Of a stretch of 64,000 nucleotides of DNA, positions 56,023 through 64,000 are shown one piece after another (position 1 is the first letter of the stretch; each line of letters starts with the position of its first letter). The position numbers were made by a program, and so were the translations under genes. Source of the stretch: a bacterium (GTDB lineage Bacteria > Patescibacteriota > Microgenomatia > JAMCZE01); contig JAKBJL010000001.1 of the NCBI GenBank assembly GCA_021836035.1, positions 44,370 to 108,369 of the forward strand. Direction: 5' to 3'. Under the pieces are notes generated by a model. The model ran no database searches, was not told where the DNA came from, and worked only from the letters and a program-made list of their open reading frames with translations.

Positions 56023-56580
56023 TCAACCTTCGGCCTCTATCGCTCTGATCTTTATCAGTACCTCTTCGGGACTAGTAACAATATGGTAAACCTTCAACTC
56101 TTCGGGGCGCAGGCGCATATTTTTACCGATAGCCTCAATAATATTGTGCCAGAAATCCCCGAAAAGGATCAGCGGTTTATGGTGTCCGAAGTGAATCCGC
56201 GCCAGCCCCCAAGCCATCCCCCACTCCGAAATCGTCCCTGTCCCCCCGTTAAAAATTAAATAAACATCGGCAATTTCCAAAAGTTTTAGCGTCCGCTCCA
56301 CATAATCCTGGGTAACAATTTCCTGGTCAAATTTGTTTTCCGGGTCGCGCCCTTCGTAGTTCGTTTGCCGTTCCAGGGGATAATAAGTCACGCCGATTAC
56401 TTTTCCGTCGTCTTCATGCGCCCCCTCTGTTGCCGCCCGCATGACCCCGGGACCGCCGCCGTTAACAATCTCGTAGCCGGATTCTGCTAAAATTTTAGCG
56501 GTAGCTTTGGCTGACTGATATTCCCAATCGCTAGGTTTAGCGTCGGCATAACCCAGAAAAGCTATACGGTGAATTTTCAT
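56023..56580 (-). CDS. LOG family protein (TIGR00730; cytokinin riboside 5'-monophosphate phosphoribohydrolase-like)
   Basis: GGGPGVM and PGGTGTISE motifs. Confidence 0.8.
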   Translation of the reverse strand: MKIHRIAFLGYADAKPSDWEYQSAKATAKILAESGYEIVNGGGPGVMRAATEGAHEDDGKVIGVTYYPLERQTNYEGRDPENKFDQEIVTQDYVERTLKLLEIADVYLIFNGGTGTISEWGMAWGLARIHFGHHKPLILFGDFWHNIIEAIGKNMRLRPEELKVYHIVTSPEEVLIKIRAIEAEG

Positions 56581-56647
56581 AAACTTTACCTGCTTTCAGG
56601 ATAGAGAATTGGCGGCCTTTTTACAAGACTAATGATATAATCCGGGC

Positions 56648-58900
56648 ATGGGCAAAAACAAGGCCGGCAAGCATCAAAAGCCCAAATTGCCAGCGGTGGT
56701 CTGGCCCGCCCCGAAAAAATTATGGCGGAAGGTCCCGCCGGCTTTTTACCTTCCCTTAGCCGCCATCACCACGGCTTTACTGATCACCCTGGTTTCTCTG
56801 GTTTTTGTTTTTAAAGATCTTCCGGCCCCCATGAATCTCGACAGCAAAGCCATCCCGCAGACCACAAAGATTTTAGACCGCAACGGCCGCCTGCTTTACA
56901 ATATTTTTGTTTCCGAAAACCGCACGATTATTCCCCTTTCCCAAATGCCCAAAACCATACAACAGGCTACGATTTCCATTGAAGACAAAGATTTTTACCG
57001 CCACGGAGGAATTGACCTTATCGGAGGGATTGTCCGCGCAACCAAAGACATGCTTCTTTATCATCACCTGGAGGGCGGATCGACCATTACCCAACAGCTG
57101 ATTAAGCTCTCGCTGTTAACTCCCGAGCGAACGCTGACCCGCAAAATCAGAGAGGCAATCCTCGCCTTTTGGGTCGAGCGCCTTTACTCTAAAGACCAGA
57201 TTCTTTCTATGTACTTAAACCGGGTGCCTTATGGAGGCACCGCTTACGGCGTCGAAGAGGCCGCCCAGGTGTATTTCGGGAAGCATGCCAAGAACTTAGA
57301 CCTGGCGGAGTCGGCGCTTCTGGCGGGTCTTCCCCAGGCCCCGACCTATTATTCTCCCTTCGGGACCGATCCGCAGCGCGCCGTCGACCGCCAGCACCAG
57401 GTTTTAACCCGCATGCTCGAAGACGGCTATATCACGACGGCACAAAAAGGAGCAGCGGAAGCAGAAGAACTCCATTTCGCTTCCCCCTCTGCCGGCATCA
57501 AAGCCCCCCATTTCGTCGCTTATGTCAAAGAACAATTAGTAAAAAAATACGGCGAACAACAGGTCGAGCAGGGCGGTTTATGGGTAACCACAACTTTAGA
57601 TCTGGATTTACAGCAGGCGGCCCAGGCTTCCCTCTCCGCCCAGGTAGAAAAACAGGCCAATTTAAAAGTGGGCAACGGCGCGGCTTTGGTGACCCGCCCG
57701 GAAACCGGCGAAATCCTGGCCATGATCGGGTCCAAGGATTATTTTGCTTCCGATTCCGGCAAAGTCAACGTCACCCTGGCAGAACGCAGCCCCGGTTCCA
57801 GTATCAAACCCCTGAATTATGCTTTGGGGTTCCTCAACGGCAAGACCACTCCGGCGACCGCTTGGATAGATGGACCCTTCTGCTTTCCGCCCTACTTGGG
57901 TAAAAGCTATTGCCCGACCGATTACGACGGCCGCTTCCACGGCGTTGTCCAGACCCGCTTTGCTTTGGGCAATTCCCTGAATGTTCCGGCGGTCAAAGAG
58001 CTCGCCCTTAACGGCATTGACGATTTTATTGCCACCGCTTCGGCCATGGGCATTACTACTTTCACCGATAAAAACCGCTACGGCTATTCCTTAACTTTGG
58101 GCGGCGGCGAGGTCAAGATGGTCGATCTGGCCACCGCTTTCGGCGTTTTTGCCAATGCCGGCCGGCGCCAGGATCTCTTATCAATCTTAAAAGTGGAAGA
58201 CAGCAGGGGCAACGTGTTAGAAGATAACACCCCCGACCTTCTGGAAATTAAAAAGGAAGAGTTAAAAATAACACCGTGGGACGGGAGCAGGCCTTGGGTG
58301 CCGCACGGCAGCTATGTCCTGCCTTCGGAGGTCACCTATCTTATTTCCCATATTCTCCTGGACGATTCCGCCCGGGCGATGACTTTCGGCGCCGGCTCCG
58401 TTTTAAATATCCCCGGGCATACCGTTTCCGTCAAAACCGGCACTACCGAGGACAAACGGGATAATTGGACCATCGGTTATACCCCGTCTTTTCTGGTCGC
58501 CGTCTGGGTCGGTAATAACGACAACTCCCCCATGAGCCCGGCTTTGGAGTCGGGCAACACCGGGGCTGCGCCTATTTGGCATGAAATTATGAGCTACGTT
58601 CTACGCGGGAGCCCCAATGAGTGGCCCGCTAAACCCGAGAATGTTGTCTTCACGGAGGTCTGCAGTTTGTCCGGTTTGCTTCCCGATCACGGCTGCCCCC
58701 AGCGCGGGGAATATTTTATTAAAAATTTTGTCCCTACCCAGAAGGATCATCTCGATAAACATAAGGTTTTCGTTTACAAAGACTCCCATAAAGTTCCGGG
58801 GCCTAATGACAAACCCACTCCAGATCAACTAACCGAAGAGGAACACACCTTTCTCTCAGATCCCCTGCAAAAAGACTTCTGTGTCGATTGCGCCCTGTGA
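56648..58900 (+). CDS. class A penicillin-binding protein (bifunctional GT51 transglycosylase/transpeptidase)
   Basis: N-terminal TM. GT51 motifs EDKDFYRHGGID and GGSTITQQL. Transpeptidase SxxK (SPGSSIKP), SLN and KTGTT. Confidence 0.9.
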   Translation: MGKNKAGKHQKPKLPAVVWPAPKKLWRKVPPAFYLPLAAITTALLITLVSLVFVFKDLPAPMNLDSKAIPQTTKILDRNGRLLYNIFVSENRTIIPLSQMPKTIQQATISIEDKDFYRHGGIDLIGGIVRATKDMLLYHHLEGGSTITQQLIKLSLLTPERTLTRKIREAILAFWVERLYSKDQILSMYLNRVPYGGTAYGVEEAAQVYFGKHAKNLDLAESALLAGLPQAPTYYSPFGTDPQRAVDRQHQVLTRMLEDGYITTAQKGAAEAEELHFASPSAGIKAPHFVAYVKEQLVKKYGEQQVEQGGLWVTTTLDLDLQQAAQASLSAQVEKQANLKVGNGAALVTRPETGEILAMIGSKDYFASDSGKVNVTLAERSPGSSIKPLNYALGFLNGKTTPATAWIDGPFCFPPYLGKSYCPTDYDGRFHGVVQTRFALGNSLNVPAVKELALNGIDDFIATASAMGITTFTDKNRYGYSLTLGGGEVKMVDLATAFGVFANAGRRQDLLSILKVEDSRGNVLEDNTPDLLEIKKEELKITPWDGSRPWVPHGSYVLPSEVTYLISHILLDDSARAMTFGAGSVLNIPGHTVSVKTGTTEDKRDNWTIGYTPSFLVAVWVGNNDNSPMSPALESGNTGAAPIWHEIMSYVLRGSPNEWPAKPENVVFTEVCSLSGLLPDHGCPQRGEYFIKNFVPTQKDHLDKHKVFVYKDSHKVPGPNDKPTPDQLTEEEHTFLSDPLQKDFCVDCAL

Positions 58901-58932
58901 GTCATTCCCGACAAGATTTATACTGGTTATAA

Positions 58933-60135
58933 ATGAAAAGGGGGTTCGTTAATCTATTTATTCCCCTGCTTTTTACTCTAACAGCAGCTCTTCTGATTTA
59001 TGCAATCGCTTATTTAAAAATATTTCCTAAGCCCTCAGGCCCGGAATCTCCGGTTGCCCACCCTCAACAAACCTCTCCCGCGCCGATCGAGCAGCAAAAA
59101 CAATATATTATCGCCTCATTATCAAATTCCGGATTAAAAATAGAAGCCGATATCCCGAAAATTAATACGGATAACGGAGAATACATTTCGGCAATGGATT
59201 TTAACGGTAATATTTACTACTCCCAACAAAATAGCCTAGAAGCATACTCTCTTCTTAGCAAAAGCAATAGAACCATATTTACTGCACCAGCAGGATATGT
59301 GCTAGAACATAGGATCAATTATCTCGCTCCCGGTAATCTTTTTATCACCCTAACCGAGGAAACGCAATCCAAAGCTTTTTTAACTGATAAAACGCAATGG
59401 ATATGGGAAATTGATAGCAGCAAAGGAACTGTCATAAAAAAGATTGGCCCCTTCGGGCCTACCAATACGGTATATACAAGTTATTATTACCTGGGGGATC
59501 TATACGGCGAGAATCTAGTAATAAATGGGGGGGGTGATGCTTGTATGGGTTTCTCTACCATTTACCGATTCGCCAACGGCAAAACAAGTTCGCTGTTAGA
59601 AACCGGTTCGGGATGTTCGGACAAACCAGACATGCTGGGATACGACGAGAAATCCGGCAGGGTCCTTCTGGCCTCGGTTGTCGCAGGTACGAGCGCTAGC
59701 GATACCGGGAAAATTTATAACAAACTATCTTGGTTTGACCTTAAATCCCAAGTCCAAGAATTGGTGTATGACCTCAAATCAATTAACCACCCGGTTAAAT
59801 ATCTTGGCGAAATCAATAATCTAAAACTTATTTATCTTGTTACGGCAAAGAACGTTTACGTTATAAATATTAAGTCTAAAAACATTCAGGCGGAAATTCT
59901 CCTGCCACCGCAGCTCAGCTCGGCATCAGACTCCGTTTGGATAGGCAACGGGAACTATCTTTATGCTTATGTTTCAAGTCCCAGCCGTGTGGTGGGTTTT
60001 GATTTAAGCACCTCTAAAACCTTCTCTGTGGATATCGATAAGCGATTAATGAGTGGGAATATTACCTACCCAAACTTTCTGGGCATCTGGAAAGACAAAA
60101 TTATTTTGACAACCCTACTCTTTAGCTCCCGGTAA
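58933..60135 (+). CDS. hypothetical membrane-anchored extracellular protein (400 aa), AT-rich
   Basis: N-terminal TM, then a beta-rich domain. Lower GC than its neighbours. Confidence 0.55.
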   Translation: MKRGFVNLFIPLLFTLTAALLIYAIAYLKIFPKPSGPESPVAHPQQTSPAPIEQQKQYIIASLSNSGLKIEADIPKINTDNGEYISAMDFNGNIYYSQQNSLEAYSLLSKSNRTIFTAPAGYVLEHRINYLAPGNLFITLTEETQSKAFLTDKTQWIWEIDSSKGTVIKKIGPFGPTNTVYTSYYYLGDLYGENLVINGGGDACMGFSTIYRFANGKTSSLLETGSGCSDKPDMLGYDEKSGRVLLASVVAGTSASDTGKIYNKLSWFDLKSQVQELVYDLKSINHPVKYLGEINNLKLIYLVTAKNVYVINIKSKNIQAEILLPPQLSSASDSVWIGNGNYLYAYVSSPSRVVGFDLSTSKTFSVDIDKRLMSGNITYPNFLGIWKDKIILTTLLFSSR

Positions 60136-60209
60136 AAAAGACATGGCAATAGATAGGTCTTGACAAATTTGCTTCCCTATATGAGCTTCTTCCATAGTAA
60201 AATAGACCC

Positions 60210-61493
60210 ATGCGGGGAAAAATTGCGGCTGCCGCTCGCAACCTATTAAACTCCAAACTTTTTCTTTTTATCGGTTTCTTTTTTATCTTTGGCTCCTCCC
60301 TATCCCCGATTATCATTCTCATCGCTAACCGCCAATCGCTTACCACTACCCCGGCTGCTGCACACTTTTATTCTCCCGTTCCCGACGACCGCCTGCCAAT
60401 GGTTTTGGCCGCAGAAATCACCCCGAAAAAAGTCTTCGGTTATTTGCCTTTTTGGAATCTTTCGGAAGCAGCCAGTCTTCGCTATCGGGACCTCTCCCTG
60501 GTTTACTATTTCGGCGCGACCGTTCTGGGAGACGGCAGTTTTGACAAAACGGAACCCGGCTGGCAAAGGATGGACAGCCCGGAATTCCGGACTTTTCAGG
60601 AATTAGCCGCCAAATACCATACCCGGATGGGATTGACGGTTTTAAACATGGACCAGGATAATATCGCCGCCGTCATCGGTAATCCCAACCGCCAAAAAAA
60701 AGTCATCGACAATACCCTGAAACTCATGCGGGAGCAGGGATTTACCGATATCAATGTCGATTTTGAATATATTAATGCCGCTCCCGACTCGCTGGTCGAA
60801 GGTTATAATCATTTCATTGAGCGTTTTACCAACGCTCTGCATCAGGAAATTCCCGGCAGCACCCTGACGGTAGCGACCCTTTCCGATGCGGCCTGGAAAA
60901 ACCGCATCTACAACATTAAAACCATCAGCGCGGTTTCCGACGGGATTATCGTGATGACCTACGATTTCAACCGCCTGGATTCCCAAGCTGCCGGGCCGAT
61001 CGCTCCCCTTTTTGGCAAGGAAAAATATCAGTACGATGTCTACACAACCGTCGTTGATTATCTGCGGGATATGTCCGCCCCCAAACTGGTTCTCGGGATC
61101 CCCTTTTACGGCTACGAGTGGCCGACGGTTGACAGTAAACCCAATTCCTTCGTTTTGGGTTACAGCACTTTCGGTCCGGCGGTTTCCTCATATAAGCGGA
61201 CCATGGAAGTCGCAGCCGAAAACAAAGCCTCGATCAATTTCGATGACCAGAGCAAATCTCCCTGGTTTTCCTACTTTGATAAAGCTTCCCGGACCTGGCG
61301 GCAGGTGTGGTTTGAAAACGAACGCAGTTTGGGACTAAAACTGGATTTAGTTAACCAGGCTAATCTCGGCGGTATTGCCATCTGGGCTCTGGGCTACGAC
61401 GGAGACGAAAATGCCACCGGCAGTGCTGCCCTCTGGCAAACCGTCCGCGACAAAATTCGCCCTACTCAAAATTTGACAAAAAGGTTAAATTGA
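60210..61493 (+). CDS. glycoside hydrolase family 18-like protein (chitinase/peptidoglycan hydrolase fold), membrane-anchored
   Basis: N-terminal TM. Catalytic motif DINVDFEY (DxxDxDxE). Confidence 0.75.
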   Translation: MRGKIAAAARNLLNSKLFLFIGFFFIFGSSLSPIIILIANRQSLTTTPAAAHFYSPVPDDRLPMVLAAEITPKKVFGYLPFWNLSEAASLRYRDLSLVYYFGATVLGDGSFDKTEPGWQRMDSPEFRTFQELAAKYHTRMGLTVLNMDQDNIAAVIGNPNRQKKVIDNTLKLMREQGFTDINVDFEYINAAPDSLVEGYNHFIERFTNALHQEIPGSTLTVATLSDAAWKNRIYNIKTISAVSDGIIVMTYDFNRLDSQAAGPIAPLFGKEKYQYDVYTTVVDYLRDMSAPKLVLGIPFYGYEWPTVDSKPNSFVLGYSTFGPAVSSYKRTMEVAAENKASINFDDQSKSPWFSYFDKASRTWRQVWFENERSLGLKLDLVNQANLGGIAIWALGYDGDENATGSAALWQTVRDKIRPTQNLTKRLN

Positions 61494-61956
61494 CCTATAG
61501 TTATAGGGCATGAAAATCAATTCGGCTTTCTATGCCCGCTTATTGCAGCTGGTCGTTTTGCTCGTCGTTCTGCCGATAACTGTTTATCTGGCAAACCACG
61601 AAACTTCTTTATATGCTAATTCCTTACCGCTGGCTTCCTGGCTACTGCACTAGCCGCTTATCCGCAAATTCATAACCAATTTTCGCGCATGCCTTAATTT
61701 TACGCAGGTCGGCGCGGATCGGGCGCCCAAAAAACAGGTTATAAGCCCCTCCTTTTTAACTAAACCGGGGAGAAGCAACGTCTAAAAGAGAACGTTCCCG
61801 AAATTGTCGTTGTTCCGGGGCGCATGGGATTTTTTGAGCTGATTCGTGACGGGACTTTAGCTAGGATTATGATAGGCAAATTTCCCCATTGATAATTAAA
61901 AAATCTTCATCAATAATGCGCGTAGATCTTGGGAAGCATACCGACTCGTCCCGGGT

Positions 61957-64000
61957 ATGCCGCACAAAAAAGATGAATCCTTTCTACATCTAGGGGTCAT
62001 CAATTTCGTCCGGAAGTTTTTATATACTGCCGGAACTCCGTTATTTTTCGCGCTGCAAATTCTCGCCTGGACTGTTCTCTGGCTCGCCGATCAATTTCTC
62101 CAGATTGCCCGGGCGATTCTCTTTATTATCTTCGGGATCCTGGAAACTATCATTTGGTTTGGGGAACTTTTAACCAATTTCTTTTCCGGGAAATTTTTGC
62201 CGGTATTCCATAAGCTTCTCCACCCCCCGAAAGTCATTTATCGGCACCGGGGAAAAATCGCGGAAAAAATTTTCAGCTCTGCCGCTACCCTGCGTGACGG
62301 TTTTACTCAAATCATCCCGGCCTTCCGGCAGCAATTCCGGCTTCGGCTTTCTTTTTTATCGGCTTTCCGCCTGCCAACCCTTAGCCTCACCCATTTAACC
62401 CTCCCCCGACGCCGACCCGCTCCCGTCCGCTTCCGCAAAACAAAACCCGGACGTCCCGCGCTCTTTTCTCGCAGTTTCCTTTTGGTCCTCTTGGGTTTTG
62501 CCTTTTGCTTCTTTTTACTTTTCCTCCCCTTCTGGATTATCTCTACTCTAGGCAAACTCCCCGATCCGAGACTTTTGGCCGTCCGCGATATCCCCTTGTC
62601 AACAAAAATTTATGACCGCAACGGCGACCTCCTTTACCAAATTTATGCCGACGAAAACCGCACTCTTGTTTCTCTCGATACCCTTCCCCCATATGTAGCC
62701 CAGGCAACAGTGGCGATTGAAGATAAAAATTTTTACCACCACCCCGGTTTTGACCCCCAGGGCATCATCCGAGCTGCCCTTGCCAACACCAACGGTGAAA
62801 GCGTCCAGGGCGGATCAACGATCACCCAGCAGCTGGTAAAAACCGTTTTCCTTACTCCGGAAAAGACCCTGGAACGCAAAATCAAAGAGATTATTCTTTC
62901 CTTTTGGGCGGAGCGTCTCTTTTCCAAAAAACAAATTCTCACCATGTACCTAAACCAGGTAGCTTATGGCGGAGCCGCTTACGGTATCGAAGAAGGAGCC
63001 CGTACCTATTTCGGCAAGCCAGCCCACGATCTTTCTCTCCCCGAAGCCGCTTTGTTGGCCGGATTGCCCTCCGCCCCCTCGGCCTATTCCCCCTTCGGGG
63101 CCCACCCGGAAATGGCTAAAACCCGGCAGCGCCAGGTGCTTGCCGCCATGCGGGAACAGGGGTATATCACCCCTGAAGAAGCCGTCACGGCGGAACAGAC
63201 GGAACTGCGTTTTGCCCGACAGGCAACGCTTATCAAGGCGCCTCATTTCGTCATGTATGTCAAAGATTATCTCGTCAAAAAATACGGCATCCGGGCAATG
63301 GAAAGGGGCGGCCTGGAAGTTACTACCAGCCTGGATTACCCGACCTACGAAGCAGTAGCTAAAATGCTAAAAGACGGCGTGGAAGCGCAGAGAGGTTTAA
63401 ACGTCGGTAACGGCGCGGCTTTGGTTACTAAACCCAAAACCGGGGAAATTCTGGCCATGGTTGGCTCTATCGACTTCTTCAACCTGGCCCATGACGGCAA
63501 TGTCAACGTTACTATCGCTCCGAGAAGCCCCGGTTCCTCCATCAAGCCCCTCAATTACGCCCTGGCTTTGGAAAAAGGTATTCTTACGCCCTCTACCATT
63601 ATTTCCGACTCGCCGGTAATTTACCGCACCGCCGGGGCGCCGGATTATATTCCCGTCAATTACGACAACCGTTTCCACGGCCAGGTTACCGCCCGGGTCG
63701 CCCTCGCTTCTTCCTATAACATCCCCGCGGTTAAAGTCCTGGAAAAAAACGGCTTGCGCAACTTCCTGGATTTTGCCCGCAAAATGGGCATTACCACCTG
63801 GACCGACCCCAGCCGTTTTGGTCTGGCCTTAACCCTGGGCGGCGGCGAGGTAACTATGGTCGATATGGCTAACGCCTATAGCGCTTTTGCCAACGGCGGC
63901 AGTAAAGTAAATTTAAATCCGGTGCTTCTGGTCAAAGATTACCGCGGCCAGATTTTAGAAGACAACCGCAGTTATACCAAATCCGAGCAGGTTATTTCCG
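61957..64000 (+). CDS. second class A PBP paralog with a roughly 180-aa N-terminal extension; frame disruptions near 62460-62580; 3' end beyond the window
   Basis: From 62581 the sequence reads VRDIPLSTKIYDRNG...EDKNFYHHPGFD...GGSTITQQL...SPGSSIKP...KTG in one frame. The upstream homologous segment (GKLPDPRLLA) is in another frame, and a Met-initiated frame from 61957 is in a third. This ORF is not in the supplied ORF track. Confidence 0.65.
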   Translation, partial: MPHKKDESFLHLGVINFVRKFLYTAGTPLFFALQILAWTVLWLADQFLQIARAILFIIFGILETIIWFGELLTNFFSGKFLPVFHKLLHPPKVIYRHRGKIAEKIFSSAATLRDGFTQIIPAFRQQFRLRLSFLSAFRLPTLSLTHLTLPRRRPAPVRFRKTKPGRPALFSRSFLLVLLGFAFCFFLLFLPFWIISTLGKLPDPRLLAVRDIPLSTKIYDRNGDLLYQIYADENRTLVSLDTLPPYVAQATVAIEDKNFYHHPGFDPQGIIRAALANTNGESVQGGSTITQQLVKTVFLTPEKTLERKIKEIILSFWAERLFSKKQILTMYLNQVAYGGAAYGIEEGARTYFGKPAHDLSLPEAALLAGLPSAPSAYSPFGAHPEMAKTRQRQVLAAMREQGYITPEEAVTAEQTELRFARQATLIKAPHFVMYVKDYLVKKYGIRAMERGGLEVTTSLDYPTYEAVAKMLKDGVEAQRGLNVGNGAALVTKPKTGEILAMVGSIDFFNLAHDGNVNVTIAPRSPGSSIKPLNYALALEKGILTPSTIISDSPVIYRTAGAPDYIPVNYDNRFHGQVTARVALASSYNIPAVKVLEKNGLRNFLDFARKMGITTWTDPSRFGLALTLGGGEVTMVDMANAYSAFANGGSKVNLNPVLLVKDYRGQILEDNRSYTKSEQVIS

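Noticed and set aside
62307-62555. Minus-strand 82-aa Arg/Lys-rich ORF.
   Set aside because: Antisense to the N-terminal extension ORF of the second PBP; composition is an artefact of the complementary strand.
1-64000. CRISPR arrays, rRNA genes, and classical prophage or transposase genes.
   Set aside because: No regularly spaced direct repeats with unique spacers, no rRNA-like sequence and no transposase or capsid-like ORF were seen. The only mobile-DNA signals are the MITE family, the GIY-YIG gene and the recombinase.

Overview
Mostly minus-strand bacterial housekeeping segment, about 50% GC, few Shine-Dalgarno sites, several TTG starts and leaderless promoters. The gene mix (short S1, PfkB/DeoC/LOG, many GT-C and TM hypotheticals, LPXTG protein) is compatible with a small-genome, possibly CPR-like Gram-positive-type bacterium, but that is inference only.

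Recognised genes, in order:
- DNA repair: nth, radA, ATP-dependent DNA ligase, recF, mutM, a Pol I-like 5'-3' exonuclease.
- Transcription and translation: rho, an S1-domain protein, pth, trpS with an overlapping CsaA-like tRNA-binding gene, ftsH, ftsB.
- Envelope: an M23 peptidase, two class A PBPs (the second reads as frameshifted and runs off the window), a GH18 hydrolase and a GT4 transferase.
- Redox: a DsbA-like/FNR-like/trxB/trxA cluster.
- Other metabolism: nadK, a Fic protein, IMPDH/GMP-reductase, a PduO-type cobalamin adenosyltransferase next to nrdJ, and a gap-pgk-fba-pfkB-deoC-LOG block.
- RNA genes: tRNA-Ala(CGC), tRNA-Met(CAU), and one aberrant CAU tRNA-like sequence next to a GIY-YIG nuclease.

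The main unexplained signal is a dispersed 140-200 bp intergenic repeat family. It has at least 10 full copies plus one partial, roughly one per 6 kb. Copies start AAAAGGGTGGTAAC...CGCGGGG, end ...GCGGGTTACCAGGGCCCC followed by AAATTAAG, and are flanked by TTAAAA-like sequence, so they behave like a MITE. One copy is inserted into the 3' end of a small membrane-protein gene, and several copies sit directly against start codons.

Other findings:
- An AT-rich gene and a gene remnant beside tRNA-Met, a Xer-like recombinase, and an orphan N-terminally TM-anchored T4SS-type ATPase.
- A candidate roughly 100-nt sRNA with an extended -10 promoter and an intrinsic terminator.
- A leaderless trxB promoter and a structured S1 leader with a uORF.
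- An Nth whose Fe-S ligand motif is degenerate (C-X6-C-X2-H).
- A low-coding roughly 1.3 kb region holding a truncated four-helix-bundle gene and a small-protein pair.

No CRISPR array, rRNA, RNase P, SRP or tmRNA signature was seen.
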